A DNA stretch of 63,635 nt, counting the filler, from Octopus bimaculoides (taxonomy: Eukaryota): NCBI RefSeq assembly GCF_001194135.2. It is 4 parts of 4 records of this genome, joined end to end, with 100 filler letters (N's around TTAATTAATTAA, not from the genome) between each part and the next. Parts side by side here need not be neighbours in the genome. Positions count along the whole stretch, not along the records: positions 16,955 to 25,789 come from NC_068990.1; positions 25,890 to 57,267 come from NC_068985.1; 2 more parts are not named here. One strand, 5' to 3'. A model generated the notes under the pieces. That model worked only from the letters and a program-made list of their open reading frames with translations. It was not told the origin of the DNA and did no database searches. Positions 24,681-39,569 of this stretch are shown one piece after another. The position numbers were made by a program, and so were the translations under genes. How positions within the stretch are numbered: position 1 is the stretch's first letter; each line of letters starts with the position of its first letter.

Positions 24681-25517
24681 TCTATCTATGGTAGCAGTCT
24701 AATGAGCGAAACAAGTAAAAAAAAAATAGCCAACAACCGATGAAGGGTCGTTCTTTATGTTGCTTGTTTTGCTTTCCATTTGTGTCTNNNNNNNNNNNNN
24801 NNNNNNNNNNNNNNNNNNNNNNNNNNNNNNNNNNNNNNNNNNNNNNNNNNNNNNNNNNNNNNNNNNNNNNNNNNNNNNNNNNNNNNNNNNNNNNNNNNNN
24901 NNNNNNNNNNNNNNNNNNNNNNNNNNNNNNNNNNNNNNNNNNNNNNNNNNNNNNNNNNNNNNNNNNNNNNNNNNNNNNNNNNNNNNNNNNNNNNNNNNNN
25001 NNNNNNNNNNNNNNNNNNNNNNNNNNNNNNNNNNNNNNNNNNNNNNNNNNNNNNNNNNNNNNNNNNNNNNNNNNNNNNNNNNNNNNNNNNNNNNNNNNNN
25101 NNNNNNNNNNNNNNNNNNNNNNNNNNNNNNNNNNNNNNNNNNNNNNNNNNNNNNNNNNNNNNNNNNNNNNNNNNNNNNNNNNNNNNNNNNNNNNNNNNNN
25201 NNNNNNNNNNNNNNNNNNNNNNNNNNNNNNNNNNNNNNNNNNNNNNNNNNNNNNNNNNNNNNNNNNNNNNNNNNNNNNNNNNNNNNNNNNNNNNNNNNNN
25301 NNNNNNNNNNNNNNNNNNNNNNNNNNNNNNNNNNNNNNNNNNNNNNNNNNNNNNNNNNNNNNNNNNNNNNNNNNNNNNNNNNNNNNNNNNNNNNNNNNNN
25401 NNNNNNNNNNNNNNNNNNNNNNNNNNNNNNNNNNNNNNNNNNNNNNNNNNNNNNNNNNNNNNNNNNNNNNNNNNNNNNNNNNNNNNNNNNNNNNNNNNNN
25501 NNNNNNNNNNNNNNNNN

Positions 25518-25557
<40 letters not shown>

Positions 25558-26539
25558 GGGTATGTATGTATATGTAGATATAAATATATATATGTAATAG
25601 GTAAACATTTAACCACAAGTATTATGTATGTGTATATGCATGCGTGTTTGTATTATGCATGTATGTATGTATGTATGTATGTATGTATGTATGTATGTAT
25701 GTATGTATGTATGGATGGATGGATGTGTGTGTGTGTGTATGCCTGTATTTACAGATGTGTATAAATTTAGACATATGTAAATATTTCACNNNNNNNNNNN
25801 NNNNNNNNNNNNNNNNNNNNNNNNNNNNNNNNNTTAATTAATTAANNNNNNNNNNNNNNNNNNNNNNNNNNNNNNNNNNNNNNNNNNNNCACACACATAT
25901 GTAATTATATGGTAAGGCTTCAACAAGTAGACTAGCATTCGATCAGCGAAGAGAGTAAAGACGTGAAGTAAAAACACAAGTCTTGTTAAATACTGCGACC
26001 CAGTGTTTTCTGCTCTAAAAATTAATTTATTTTGCCATTTTACAAAACCGTTTAACAGGTGTTTTTCTTTTTTTTTTTTTTGAGCAGATGACGTTTGAAC
26101 AAGGGACGCTGATAAGGAAGAAAACGAAAAGAAAACAAAAGGGAGATAATTAACGTTACAATAAACAAATTTATAAAAGACGTAAACAAGATATTAATGG
26201 TTAATGATGTGTCTGATGGCTTATTTTTAAATTTCGCGAAGATGTATTTCTTAAAATGTGAACGTACAGAAAATGTCTCGTTCCTGGAATTTACGTAGTT
26301 GTTGGAGGCTCTCAAGTTCTTTAAGTGATATAGTTTTTCAAGAGAACATACTGAATATATTTATGACCCATTAATATAGCATCTGGTTTTGGACAGGGTG
26401 CTGGACCCTTCTTTACGATTTTAGATTAAAACCGAAAGGGTTCTTGAATGTCTCTTATTACAGTGCCTAAATTTCGAAGGATAATTGTTATATGAGGATT
26501 TAAATTCTTCCATGGTTGCGATATAATGTTTGATTCTGT

Positions 26540-26960
26540 TCAAAGTAAAATACAATACAGATTGAAGCTCATTGTAGCATTCCAGTCTCTTTGTGAAAAC
26601 CCAGTGCAAGTTCTCCAAAGTGAAAGTACACAGAACACTTGTCATAGCCTCCTTCATAATCAAAACGACTGCCCCTGAGCTTCTCGTTTTGATTGAGGAA
26701 TAGCCAAGAGTCAGAGGGTCTCAATTATAACGAGGGTGAGGAGCAGTTTTAATGCCCATCTCTGTCAAGTAGTTGGTTACCATGCTGCTCGTCACTGAGC
26801 AGCATGAAAATAAACTTTGCGCATATTTTGCGCATGTTCAGATCTTCATGAATAATTCTTTGTATAGCTGTCACCACAGCAAATCCAAAATGTATACTTG
26901 TCTTCCAAGACAGATGACGGTTTTCATCCATGAAATTACGAATTTACCCAACCAGCCCTG
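26540..26960 (-). mobile_element. mariner transposase remnant
   Basis: IIHEDLNMRKICAKF and EKLRGSRF...MKEAMTSVLCTFTLENLHWVFTKRLECYN. Confidence 0.75.
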
Positions 26961-29281
26961 ATGTTCTGACGTCCCTCTCTCTCTCATGCCTCTTATCGTC
27001 TCTCACTTCCTCTCTGCTCTCCTTGAATATCTTGTGCTAGCTAAAAAGTTAATCTATTAGCAGTCTGGATCATTTCATAATTTTCTGTAGCATTCTTTTG
27101 TCCGGTTTAATGCAAAACTCTATTTCATGGTGAGCTTCCAAATGTCCCAAATGTATTGTGAAAACAGAAGTATATAAAAATGTCGAAAGGTATATACATG
27201 CCGCTTTACCTCAAAATAGCTTTTCCAGTAAACTGCGGCATTTGTTAAGAGTTGTTATGCAAATTAGTCTTTGCTCATGCTCGCGGATACATAGCTCAAA
27301 ATACAATTCATGCACGGGATATCTGGAAGAACACGGATCATCGGTGGTAAGAACGAGTGGATATTGTAATTTTTCATTCAGTTTATATAAACAATGAACT
27401 TGTAGCGCTCATTCCGAAATACAACTAATGTTGCTAAGTCCCTAATTAAAATTTTTAACCTAATTTTCTAATATTATATTTATACAGATAATTAACGAAA
27501 ACAAATCAACATTTTATACAATCTATCATATGTTTTGTCTGTGTTTCTCTCTTCTGTGCAACGTTAGAGGAAATGCTCTAAAAGCTACATATGTGCACCG
27601 GTATATATTTCAGAATTATTCTACATTTGCATCACCGATTCAAAACGCAACTGAATTTTTTGAAGGAAAGTCTAAGAAGGTAGCTGAGAAATTACTAATG
27701 TCTGTTTTATTGATCTTATACAAAAGAAAGAATAATTATTAGAAGATCTAATAACGACATTTGTTTTAAATATAATATAGTATGGAATGGAAATAAATAT
27801 TGAGAAAAAGCAAAAGAATGGTAACTCGTAAAACCAAACACAAACTATTCGATCTAATTGAAAGACGATCAGTGAAATTGTAGAATTCAAATATTTAGAG
27901 AAAATAATAATGTAATGTTTCAGACATGAAAAAGAAAAGGCAATATTTCAGTCGCTGTAACAGTTTTAGCAAAGTGAAACTTTCTTCGCAATAATTAAAG
28001 AGAGTACAATAACGAGAAAGTATTCATTTGTTCACGAATAAGAGTAATGAAAGATAAAATAAAAATGTACCGGTGCGGGAGAGGAGAGGGTATGAGAAAG
28101 CAAAAACAGAGAATATCTAAAGATATGTCTGATGGACATTAGACGCTGAATGTGGCAAGCTGGTTATAGTTATAATAATAACAATATTTTATATAAAGAA
28201 ACTTCGGATTTTGTATATTGAACATCACACTGAGGTATTAATTAAGAAAAAATCTGTATCAATTTCTTAATCGTATAAGTGGGGAAATGCTATCGCCATA
28301 AAATGTGACACTATTACACCATACCACATGGAATCAATCGCAAAATGCTAGAAATAGCAGCCTGTCCACTCTCAAATCAATACATTCTCTTAAATGCAAA
28401 AGTCTATGCTATAAAAAGACGCAAAGAAAATGAATGAGCAACCATAGGGACAAAAATTACGACAGGTATGACATTGGCCGATGACTGGGGAAGTGTAAGT
28501 TAGAGGTATTTCTTATGTCCCTAGAGTATCTTTACTTTACAGATTTTGATGATGAAATATAGATTACTGAAGTTGTTTCTCGCCGATTCCATCAACTAAG
28601 ATATTTCTGTGGTAATTAGTACCATTAATATTTACACTAGCGGGACACGAGAATATAACCTATTGGGTTATTTCCGAAAACTTTATGCGTAGCCAGTGTT
28701 GTGTCTGTATGGAAAGATAGTCGCTCATCTGCTACTCATTGAAAAGTGAAAGAAATTGGAATACGATGATTATTTAATGTGCTTTATATATACACTTCAT
28801 ATACTTTAAGCACAATTTTATAGACTTAATACACAACACACAGAAAATAAATATTCACTCTTGTTTTTGTATTTTTTCTTATAAACAGCCAAAAAATATC
28901 CCGTGCATATCATACAACCTTTTGTTAAATTTCATATATCTGTTGCATAAATAAGCGTGAATATTTCACGGAATTGCACTTATGCGAATGGGTTAAGTGA
29001 TAGTTGATATTAAAAACTTAGTTCAAATTAAAAAAATACACTTTAACTATCCAATCACCACTGCCACCACCACCACTGCCACCACCACCACCTTTTTCCC
29101 GCCTCCTGTCTCATTCTTCACATTATCCTCCTTTTGTCTCTCCTTTTTNNNNNNNNNNNNNNNNNNNNNNNNNNNNNNNNNNNNNNNNNNNNNNNNNNNN
29201 NNNNNNNNNNNNNNNNNNNNNNNNNNNNNNNNNNNNNNNNNNNNNNNNNNNNNNNNNNNNNNNNNNNNNNNNNNNNNNNNN

Positions 29282-29328
<47 letters not shown>

Positions 29329-30759
29329 TCTTTAACTACACTATCAGAAGATGATCCCTCTGCTAAAATTATATTTTTAACTCTCTTCCTCTACCTTCAA
29401 CTAACTTTTTAAACCACGTAACAAATATTTCGTCCCCCTACTTCACGTCTTTTTCGCTCTCTCTTTCTGTCTCACTCATCGCCTTACCCTCTTTTTCTCT
29501 CTTCTATTTCTTTCTATTCTCTTTTCCTTCAACTAATCACGTGAAAGCGTTACAATTACATTCCCTCTACCACACGTCATGGACACTCCTCTCTCTCCCT
29601 CCTTTTTCGTAATCACGAGACAGGCTAAGTAACGCAATGACAGGCTGAATTATTATAAGATATTTCCTCCAGCTTTCAAATAAACTCAAGTACATTCATA
29701 TATGTTTAAGAACAATATAAGAGATAAGCATTTTACATATCATTAACAAAATTGTTGCATTTGCATACATACATATATACATACATACATACGTACGTAC
29801 GTATGTGTGTGTATGTGTGCATGTATGTATGCATGTGTGTGTGTGTATCTGTTGTATATACATATATGTATGAGCATATATTTACATAGACACACGCACA
29901 AACGCACACATACATATATATGCATATATGTATCTATGTATGTATATATGACAAAACAAAAGCGTAGACACAAAGACAAGTACCAAATTAGGTAATGATG
30001 TATTTATAACACACAGAGATTAGCAGATACATAGCAGAGTATATATATACACCAGAATGTTAATAAATGTTCCAGTTGTGGAAAGTTCTTAATAGTTACG
30101 GTGTAATAGCTTTGTAGGTAGATGAAAGTTATTACAGGTAAATTCCTTCGAAATAATATACGAAAACTGAATCTAGATCTAGCTTTACAGCAGTCAGATT
30201 ACGAGTTAAGTTTATTAGTAACATTATTAAACTCATATCCGTTTTTTGATAACCATAAAAAATCTCGAGATAAGGTATTATTGCACTCCTAGTGTGACAA
30301 ATCAAATTGTTGGCAATATTTGTAAAATAATTTAGGATAAGGCTGCATACAAAAATAGGAACTTCCAATTCACTCATTCAAACCAGATCCGATGATCTAC
30401 GAAACGGAAATCATCACAACTTAAGGAAATTCTGATAGGGAGCCGAAATTGTATGCAGGAATCACGGAGTGTAATTAGATATAGAGAAAATATAATGGGC
30501 CAAAATTATCCAGTTATTTATGGCATTTAAAGAAACATGCTGAGAATTAAAATACAAAGGCTCATCCACAGGATATATAAGCATCTCCGGAAAACCTTGA
30601 CTTGATCACAAACACAAGACTAAATGACTCTATTTACCCGTCATTTGCCTCCTATCCTTTGCAATTACAAATAACTAATTTGTTTCCCGCGAACGGTTTT
30701 CTTATGTTCATTGGATTTATTAATAAGTTCATGTAAGTGAGGAATGTATATATTTATTT

Positions 30760-31130
30760 ATATATTAATTCTGTGGGTATATTGCTTATTACAGCGTTCC
30801 TTCAGTTTTTATAAGCTCTGTAGAAAAACTCGGAAGATTGGACCCCAACCTCTGTAGCAGCGGCCACTTCTGAATCGGAGTGGAATTTCGTTCCCTGGAG
30901 ATGTTTATTTAGTTGTGGAAAGAGATGATAGTCGGTGGGTGACAAGTCAGGGGATTAAGGTAGGTGGTTTACCAATTCGAAGCCAAAAATCGAGTATTTT
31001 CCGTAGAATTTTGTGTGCTGTGTGCTGGTACATTGTCCCGAAAAAACACAAGACCACGGCTCAGCTTTACACTGCATTTCTGCTTCAAAGCTTCACGCAG
31101 TTCGTCCAATAGAAACTTATAGTATTCTGC
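30760..31130 (-). mobile_element. mariner transposase C-terminal remnant
   Basis: YYKFLLDELREALKQK...DNVPAH...PDLSPTDYHLFPQLNKHLQGTKFHSDSEV. Confidence 0.8.
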
Positions 31131-31139
31131 GTTGACTTA

Positions 31140-31267
31140 TGGTTTCAGAATGAGAACCCAGGTTCGAAATATCCCCAAGACACCTGATGAAGGGTGGAGG
31201 ATATATCAGCCGCAACGTTGTGTTAACAACAAACAAGATGAGGACAAATATCCGTCAAATATAAATA

Positions 31268-31270
<3 letters not shown>
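31140..31270 (+). mobile_element. Hammerhead-bearing element family H1, partial copy
   Basis: Homologous to 44880-45010; motif at 31179-31224 has GAAA mutated to GCAA and one stem II mismatch. Confidence 0.85.
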
Positions 31271-31309
<39 letters not shown>

Positions 31310-31323
31310 ATATTTTTTCTTTT

Positions 31324-31352
31324 TCTAGCAGCTAAGCCCGGTTTCACCCGGT
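31324..31352 (+). mobile_element. Possible Helitron-like non-autonomous element terminus
   Basis: tctagcagctaagcccggtttcacccgg: CTAG next to a short GC-rich imperfect hairpin. Confidence 0.3.
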
Positions 31353-31799
31353 AGGTTTGGATGATGTAGCTGTAAAACCTGCTCTGTGTATCTGTGTAAG
31401 CATTCGACTTGTTTGGGCACGCTCACGTTTATTCTGTCAAAAGGCTAAAAATAACTGACCAACAAAAAAGAACAACCAAGATTCAACCAAATCAAAAATG
31501 TAAACCCAAATACTAAGCAACGATGAACCATTCCATTTCCATTGCGCGCGCACACGCATACACACATAGAAACACGCACACACACGCACACATTCACATA
31601 CCCCCCTTTTACATACTCACACACATATATTCACACAGAGATGAAACGCTGTTTGATTTATTTTTCAGAGTACAATTTTCATCATCCCACTACCAAGTAT
31701 AACATCACCCTTCCTTCCTTATTCATCTATCACCCTTTCCTTTCTCATTCATAAATACAAGAATATTATTATAGTAGATTATCTCGGTAACCTTGGGAG

Positions 31800-33300
31800 T
31801 TATGAAAAAATACAGGTTGAAGGGGATGTTCATTCTGGTGTGTCTGGGGTGGCATGAATTGAACGGTAGATATTGCTTTGAGTCCGTGGGTTTATAGTAT
31901 ATATCTGTTTCTATTACGTTGTTAGATTTCTTAATAAGGATGTCGAGGAAGGGAAGTTGTAGATGGCTATATTCCATCGTGAATTGAATGCTTACGTCAA
32001 GTCCATTTATAAATGCTTGAAATTCTTTAAGTCTCTCTATACTCTCATGCCACAGAATGAAACAGTCATCCAGATATCTCTTCCAGTTATTTTCTATGTA
32101 TAGGGAGAATGGGCTGCCGTATTTTTCTTGAGCCTTATTATAAAGACTAATTTCTAGATATCCCATGACTAGGTTAGCAAAGGAGGGGGCCATTCTCGTA
32201 CCCATCGCAGTCCCCGATTTTTATCGGTAGAAGTTATCATCGAAGGCAAAGTAGTTGTTCTCCAAGATAAATTTGAGCCCTTCTATCACGAATTCTTTTT
32301 TGATGCAGTGAGGGAGTTCGTTGGTGTAATTCTCTAGCCAGAACTGAATTGCTTCTATTCCTAGGTTATGGGGGATATTGGAATAGAGGTTGACTACATC
32401 GAAGGATACTAATAAAGTGTTTTTGTTTATTGTTTCAGGAAGGTGGTTGAGCATATCCAGGTCGTCTCTTACGTAGCTTTTGACATGTTTGAGGAATGGT
32501 TTTAGGAGGGTATCTGAAAAGTTACTGAGGCGGTGGGTTTCGCATGTGGGACCTGCTATTATAGGTCTCAATTTGAGGTCATTTGGGTTAGGGACATTGA
32601 TTATTATGTCTGTGGCGATCTTGCATGCGTTACTTATTTTTTCACTTTTGTGTATCTTGGGAATACTGTAGAATTGACTGGTTTTACTTTTGAAATTGGT
32701 CGTGTAGTCATATTCTTTTGTCGGTGAGTCCTCTGTATAGGTTTAACATGGATTTTAAGTCTCTCATTGTCTACTGTTAACTGTAGTGTTGGGTCTTTTC
32801 ATAATATGTTGTGTCTTCTAACATGGATAATACTAAAGTTATATAGTATACTGTGTCCATTAAGACGACTGCACTCCCTTTATCAGCCTCTTTGATAGTT
32901 ATTGTTTTGTCATCTTTTAATTTGTTTAGCTCAGCCCATTCTTTTTTGCTGAAGTTTGGTTTGTGTTTTTGTTTGTGCATATGTTGATATGTGTAATTGG
33001 AGATGTGTTCACAGAAATGATCAAGAGTTTTGTTCTTACCTTTTGAGGGGTTGTAGTTACTTCTATTTCAGACTAATGATTCGTCCTCATTGTATTTGTC
33101 GTATAGCTCCTCAGAGGGTCGTAATTTTCTACAGAATTCCGCGATGTCTTCTTTCATTTCGTTGTAGTTGGAGCATTGTGGGGTGGGTGTAAACTTGAAT
33201 CCTTTGGAGAGGATATTGTTTTGGTCTCCTGTTATGTCTTTGTGAGTTAGATTGATAATTTTTATCACTTTTGGTTCCTATTTCGTGTTTCTGTGTTTGT
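31800..33300 (-). mobile_element. Penelope-like element reverse transcriptase pseudogene, 3'-truncated before GIY-YIG
   Basis: ILSKGFKFTPTP, IKEADKGSAVVLMD, RPIIAG, SFDVVNLYSNIP, GTRMAPSFANL, WKRYLDDCF, LPFLD, DIYYKPTD...SCHP. Confidence 0.95.
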
Positions 33301-34280
33301 GTGCTGGGTCTAAAAATTGATTAGCCACACATATGTGTGTGGCTTAGGTACCTATAGATAGTGACAAACACTTTGGTGAACATAGGAGGATAAAGGACGA
33401 ATTGCTTGTATGGTCATTACAATTTTTGAAGTGGTAAGAGAAGAATCATAGATCATTGGCCAATATATTGGTCATTTATGTGCGTGAGTGTGATTAGGCA
33501 TGTGTCTGTAGGTGTGCCTCCATGCGTTTTCGCTTTGTACAGATAGAAAGAAGTTTAATGACTATTCCGGCTACTTACATTTTTATACCCGGACTAATCA
33601 CACGAAATAATAAAGAATTCGAGGTATGTAGATATACAGGCATAGATATTATACTATACACTCATACATATAAATGTACATAACACAAATATACAAACAC
33701 ACACACATGCATATACAAATACTCATATATAAATGTGTGTGTGTGTGTGTTATTTTTTGTACTAATGGGTATATGTCAATTAGTGTGCTGAGTAAAACAG
33801 GTTCACAGTTTGGGCTGATGTCATCCACGGTTGGGATATATTTCCGATGGATCTACTTCAGGAATTCCGCAATGCTAGTTGAGATAATAATTGATGAAAG
33901 AAATAGAAGACAGATTTAGCACTAATCTTTCTTCAGTACGACTGTCCTGTGTGGGTGGGATGATGTGCATCTAACTGTGTTGTATCGATCAGTGCAATCT
34001 GGGTCACATCAGGTATATGCATAGTGTCTCGCTAAATATATTGAGCTCGCCCAGACATGTTGTTGTTACTTGCTGTTTGTTGTTTATGTCCAGCGAATGA
34101 GGCTAGCAATAGTAGTTCTTACATATTAAATAGTCATGATAAAATAATCGTAAACATAAAAATATAAACTATAAAAAATGTTTAAAAAACAGAGACGTTA
34201 AGACATGTTAAAGAAAGATTTGATTACATCAAATTTAAAGAGAAGGAATCTACACTTGCTAACACGAACAGAGGCGCAGA

Positions 34281-34319
<39 letters not shown>

Positions 34320-34547
34320 CAACCGCGCACGCAAACCGTAAAAATCTTAACACCAGAAGATAAATGATGGCAAGATTATTATTAAAAACACGATAGGGTG
34401 TAGATATAGCCATCAGTCACGAATGACCACGACTTGTGCAGGTGATTGTTTCACAGACTCGTTCACACGTATACAAATGTCTGTATACACATGTATATAC
34501 ACTCACAGCAGCATGCTTAAAGCACTCAATCAATCAATCAATCAATC

Positions 34548-34578
<31 letters not shown>

Positions 34579-35044
34579 ATATATATTTATACACGCACAC
34601 GCGCACACACACATACACACACACAAACACATACACACACACAAACACACACACATACATACACAAACACATACACACACAAACACACACACACACAAAC
34701 ACACATATATATACACACACATACACATATATATACACACCCAGAAACATGTGAATGTATATANNNNNNNNNNNNNNNNNNNNNNNNNNNNNNNNNNNNN
34801 NNNNNNNNNNNNNNNNNNNNNNNNNNNNNNNNNNNNNNNNNNNNNNNNNNNNNNNNNNNNNNNNNNNNNNNNNNNNNNNNNNNNNNNNNNNNNNNNNNNN
34901 NNNNNNNNNNNNNNNNNNNNNNNNNNNNNNNNNNNNNNNNNNNNNNNNNNNNNNNNNNNNNNNNNNNNNNNNNNNNNNNNNNNNNNNNNNNNNNNNNNNN
35001 NNNNNNNNNNNNNNNNNNNNNNNNNNNNNNNNNNNNNNNNNNAT

Positions 35045-35205
35045 ATACACGACGGGCTTTTTTCAGTTTCCGTCTACCAAATCCCCTCATAAGGTTTTTG
35101 TCGGCCCGAGGCTATAGTAGAAGTCACATGCCCAAGGTGCCACGCAGTGGGTCTGAACCCGGAGCTATGTGTTTGGGAAGCAAGCTTCTTACCGCACAGC
35201 CACGC
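35045..35205 (-). mobile_element. Family A SINE head/core, core CpGs intact
   Basis: Reverse complement retains ccggg, gcgtgg, ctcgggccgac, gacgg, cccgtcg. Confidence 0.9.
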
Positions 35206-35459
35206 CAAACACTTAGTTTAGAATAGAGGCAGCTGATGAAGGAAATATTCTCTATGTGGCCTGTTTGTTTTCTGTGCTCTGTTTATGTTCTGATTTTCAT
35301 TTTGCCCATGTTTTTTTTGTGACCTCCTGTTCCCAGATATGCATCTATATATACATGTAGATGTAAGTTTGTACATACATGTACGTATATATGCATATAC
35401 TCACATATTATTTGTAGTATATATATATAATTTGACTGAAATTTATGGGTGAGTATTCT

Positions 35460-35680
35460 TATATTTCTTTATTGCCCACAAGGGGCTAAACATAGAGGGG
35501 ACAAACAAGGACTGACAAACGGATTAAGTCGATTACATCGACTCCAGTGCGTAACTGGTATTTAATTTATCGACCCCCGAAAGGATAAAAGCAAAGTCGA
35601 CCTCGGTGGAACTAGAACTCAGAACGTAGCGGCAGACGAAATACCACTAAACAGTTCGCCCGGCGTGCTAACGTTTCTTA
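35460..35680 (-). mobile_element. tRNA-derived SINE with Nin/Deu-like central domain (family B)
   Basis: Minus strand gaggtcgactttgcttttatcctttcgggggtcgataaattaaataccag. Confidence 0.75.
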
Positions 35681-36323
35681 TTTCTTTCCGCCTTATGGGT
35701 GAATGTTCTGACTCAATCGAATGCGCAAGGAACCATGTAAGCGTTGATTTGTGGGTTCAATTGTAGTTGGAATTGGCTCATCATTTTTTAAGTCAATTGT
35801 TTAGATAAAAATGTCACTTTATATCGGAGTATATATATATATATATTATGATATATTACACACACACGCACGGACGCGCACNNNNNNNNNNNNNNNNNNN
35901 NNNNNNNNNNNNNNNNNNNNNNNNNNNNNNNNNNNNNNNNNNNNNNNNNNNNNNNNNNNNNNNNNNNNNNNNNNNNNNNNNNNNNNNNNNNNNNNNNNNN
36001 NNNNNNNNNNNNNNNNNNNNNNNNNNNNNNNNNNNNNNNNNNNNNNNNNNNNNNNNNNNNNNNNNNNNNNNNNNNNNNNNNNNNNNNNNNNNNNNNNNNN
36101 NNNNNNNNNNNNNNNNNNNNNNNNNNNNNNNNNNNNNNNNNNNNNNNNNNNNNNNNNNNNNNNNNNNNNNNNNNNNNNNNNNNNNNNNNNNNNNNNNNNN
36201 NNNNNNNNNNNNNNNNNNNNNNNNNNNNNNNNNNNNNNNNNNNNNNNNNNNNNNNNNNNNNNNNNNNNNNNNNNNNNNNNNNNNNNNNNNNNNNNNNNNN
36301 NNNNNNNNNNNNNNNNNNNNNNN

Positions 36324-36364
<41 letters not shown>

Positions 36365-37285
36365 TCATACGCGTTTGAGTGTGTATGTGTGCGAATGTGT
36401 AGGACACTGCATCTAAGATACTGAAAAGAATATTTGCTACCGATTGGAAAGGAAATGAAATATCAAATAGTTAATCTATTTTGTGTATGCATATCAATAA
36501 TATATAACGCTTCATGATTATTTTATTTGAAAACCGTTCCAAACACAAATTAAAGAGATTGATATTTTGGAAGATAACTGTAGAATTGATATATTTAACA
36601 GAAAAATGCAAAATGTACCAACGTAATGCGTATTTTGTAGATACTGAACCAGTATTATAAATATATCGCAAGAAACTTTGACGTCTTGCCACTCGACAAC
36701 ATCATATTATCTGCAAAAGAAACCGAATACTTCACAAATAAAACTAAAGAAGAAAAACTGTCCGAAAGTAGATCTGACCCAATGCATTCAAAATAAAGAA
36801 AACTGATATGTAACAATAACAATGAATTACGAACTTACAAATTCAGAGCAAATTATCTATAAACGACCTGCTGTCAATTAAAATGTTATAAAATCTTTTT
36901 ACTATGTTGAAGCTGAAACCATTCAGATACATATTAATGTGTATAGTTTACACGCATCACAAATTGTAGAAAGAAAGCCAATACGTAATCTACGCATTTT
37001 CTCTCGAAATAGATTTTCCGTTAGGTCTTGGAAAAATGACAGAATCTGGGAAAGCGATAAACCCTAATCTTTGCCCTTTGACATATCAATAACTCTGATT
37101 ATGGGGCAATATATTCCGAAGTAAGCTAGGTCAAAAGATTATTCCGTTGATTCATTTAACGAAGTCGATGAAACACTCACACGTTTGTACATTCAAACAC
37201 ACAAATATATATGTATAGCATATATAATGCATACATGTATACACATATATATATACTCCCACACACACCCACATATGTGTTTGTC

Positions 37286-37363
<78 letters not shown>

Positions 37364-38583
37364 TACATATGTGCTTATATATATGTGTGTTTGTGTGTAT
37401 GTGTATGTGTGCGCGCGCATACCTTATGCTTTTGTATATGAATACGAGAAAAGAACGACATAATGGGCACTCAAAATACTAAGTAGCAAGCCTGACTCTG
37501 TATTACGTTACTTACACTTTCAATAGTCACAAAACATGCTCGCATCCTCGTATTTACAGAGTCTTAGCGAAAAGAATTTAAAAGAAATATAAAATGATTG
37601 CTAGGTGAGAATTTTTGGTCTTGTGTTGGTCAGTTCAGATGACGCGGATACTTTGGCTTTGCATCGACAACACTTCCCTGTTGTGAAAGTTCTGTGTGGA
37701 CAATTTAACGATTAAAATTGTTGGCGGAATCCATCTTTAGGTAACTAGATTGGTGTAGCAACTTCTAAATCAGTTTGTTCCTGAAGTATGGCTGTGCGGT
37801 CTAATTATAGCTGGATAATAGTATATAATTTTGGTAATATACTGAAGTGAAAGACTACCCTTATGGCAAACAAGGACTATATTCTCTGAAAAAGAGTGTC
37901 TACTAGCTAGGATCAGAATGGTATTTGCTTGTTATCAATGAACATTGGCGAGAAGTCAGAGCGCATCTTTGATGACAAAATATGAAAATTCGGCTTTTCT
38001 GTTGATGGATACAATTCATTGCAGTATATGCAGTTTGTTATGGAAGCAAACTTAGCAATCATTAATTTCAGGTGACTAAGGTGGAGTGGTGTTTCATGAT
38101 ATTCCTTTTAATCTATGATAAGTCATTTCATCGGTACTGATGGCATTAGATAAAGCATGATGGGAAATTTAGGTGCGTGTGTTGCAATAAATGCATACTT
38201 AGAGTGCATGAGTTGCGAAACGTTTTCCATGAAACCACTGACTTGCTAAGGTCATGTAATACAATCAAAAAGAATAAGAGTGGCTCTGTAGACCATTGCA
38301 TTTCGTCGTGGGAAACTGCATCTAATGAAATAACATGCTGTATCAATAAGAAAAAAAGAAAAAAAGAAGCAATTTTAACCTATTGTTTTCATTAAAAATA
38401 CTCTCTGATAATAAACTGAAGACCAATGGCCACCGATAAACCAAAGAAGCCTACAGGTCCTAATTCAATCACAATCAAATACTGTGTCTTTATTACCTGT
38501 CTGTTCATATCGAGATTATTTCCCTTCCGTGTTCTGTACCCGGTAATATTTACATCACACAGCTATACTTGACGTTCAGTTGT

Positions 38584-38593
38584 TATGTAACCT

Positions 38594-38625
<32 letters not shown>

Positions 38626-38645
38626 TGTCATCATCATCATCATCA

Positions 38646-38711
<66 letters not shown>
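38584..38711. repeat. Graded compound microsatellite (TCG)n-(TCA)n-(TTA)n
   Basis: Directly visible. Confidence 0.95.
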
Positions 38712-38714
<3 letters not shown>

Positions 38715-39200
38715 AGTGAGAGAGCAAAACATGCCCTCAAAGTGTCACTAGGGTATAAATATACGAAGTCTAATATACACATCATGACTACCCGTTTGAT
38801 AAAAGTACAGCAGGGACGTGCATCAGAACCATATGTGTGAGACATAGTGATTTTATATCAAGATAAACAGTACATGACTTTGAAGGTGGGGCCCAGATAG
38901 AATTTTCTTCAGATCGAGTAGTTCATCTCGTACAAAAGGTCCCTGAATAAAGGTTGTTTAAGGATGTTGAACAAAACACACATGTTTCCAGAGGTGAATT
39001 ATTCAAACTATAAAGAATTTCTCCCAACACATGGCTATGATGCTCCCGCACTACTCCTGGATGTGATCAGAGATGCACATATTGCCAGCCACTAAGGGTC
39101 ATACTCAACTGGTTAAGGTCAGGCAAATTCGTGGCATTGAGCAGAATATTTGCTGTAGCCCAGCTTTTATACAAAGTCAAGGCATATACATGATAACAAT
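38711..39200 (-). mobile_element. Non-coding retroposon 3' region ending in (TAA)n
   Basis: Abrupt transition into the (TTA)n tract on the plus strand; no ORF. Confidence 0.4.
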
Positions 39201-39205
39201 TCCAA

Positions 39206-39278
39206 TTATTTAAAATCAGAAGTCATGATTGATACTCCTGCTTGATACTCCATCAGATTATTATTGCTATTATTATTA

Positions 39279-39313
<35 letters not shown>

Positions 39314-39440
39314 GTTATCATCATCGTCACCAAACTGTAAAGTCACGGAAATTTGGAGTTCCGTAAGTTGAAAAAATGTTTGTAATCTTTTCGGACTTCT
39401 GAGGCCCCGTGTGTTCATTTTTATTATTACCATTGCAATT
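39206..39440 (-). mobile_element. L1/Tx1-like endonuclease N-terminal fragment interrupted by an in-frame microsatellite
   Basis: MNTRGLRSPKR and AGVSIM resemble the APE motifs NxRGL and GVxIL. Confidence 0.45.
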
Positions 39441-39569
39441 CTGAGATTGTCTGACTGTGAAGACAGAAAAATTGTGTAGAAACACCGACTGATTTGCAAT
39501 GTGTGCGCATCAATAATTTTTGAATTTTAACTACTTTCGGCAAAAGCAAATTTTTGCAATTTTCTCTAA

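Noticed and set aside
35228-35270. CTGATGA as a hammerhead
   Set aside because: No stem II followed by GAAA
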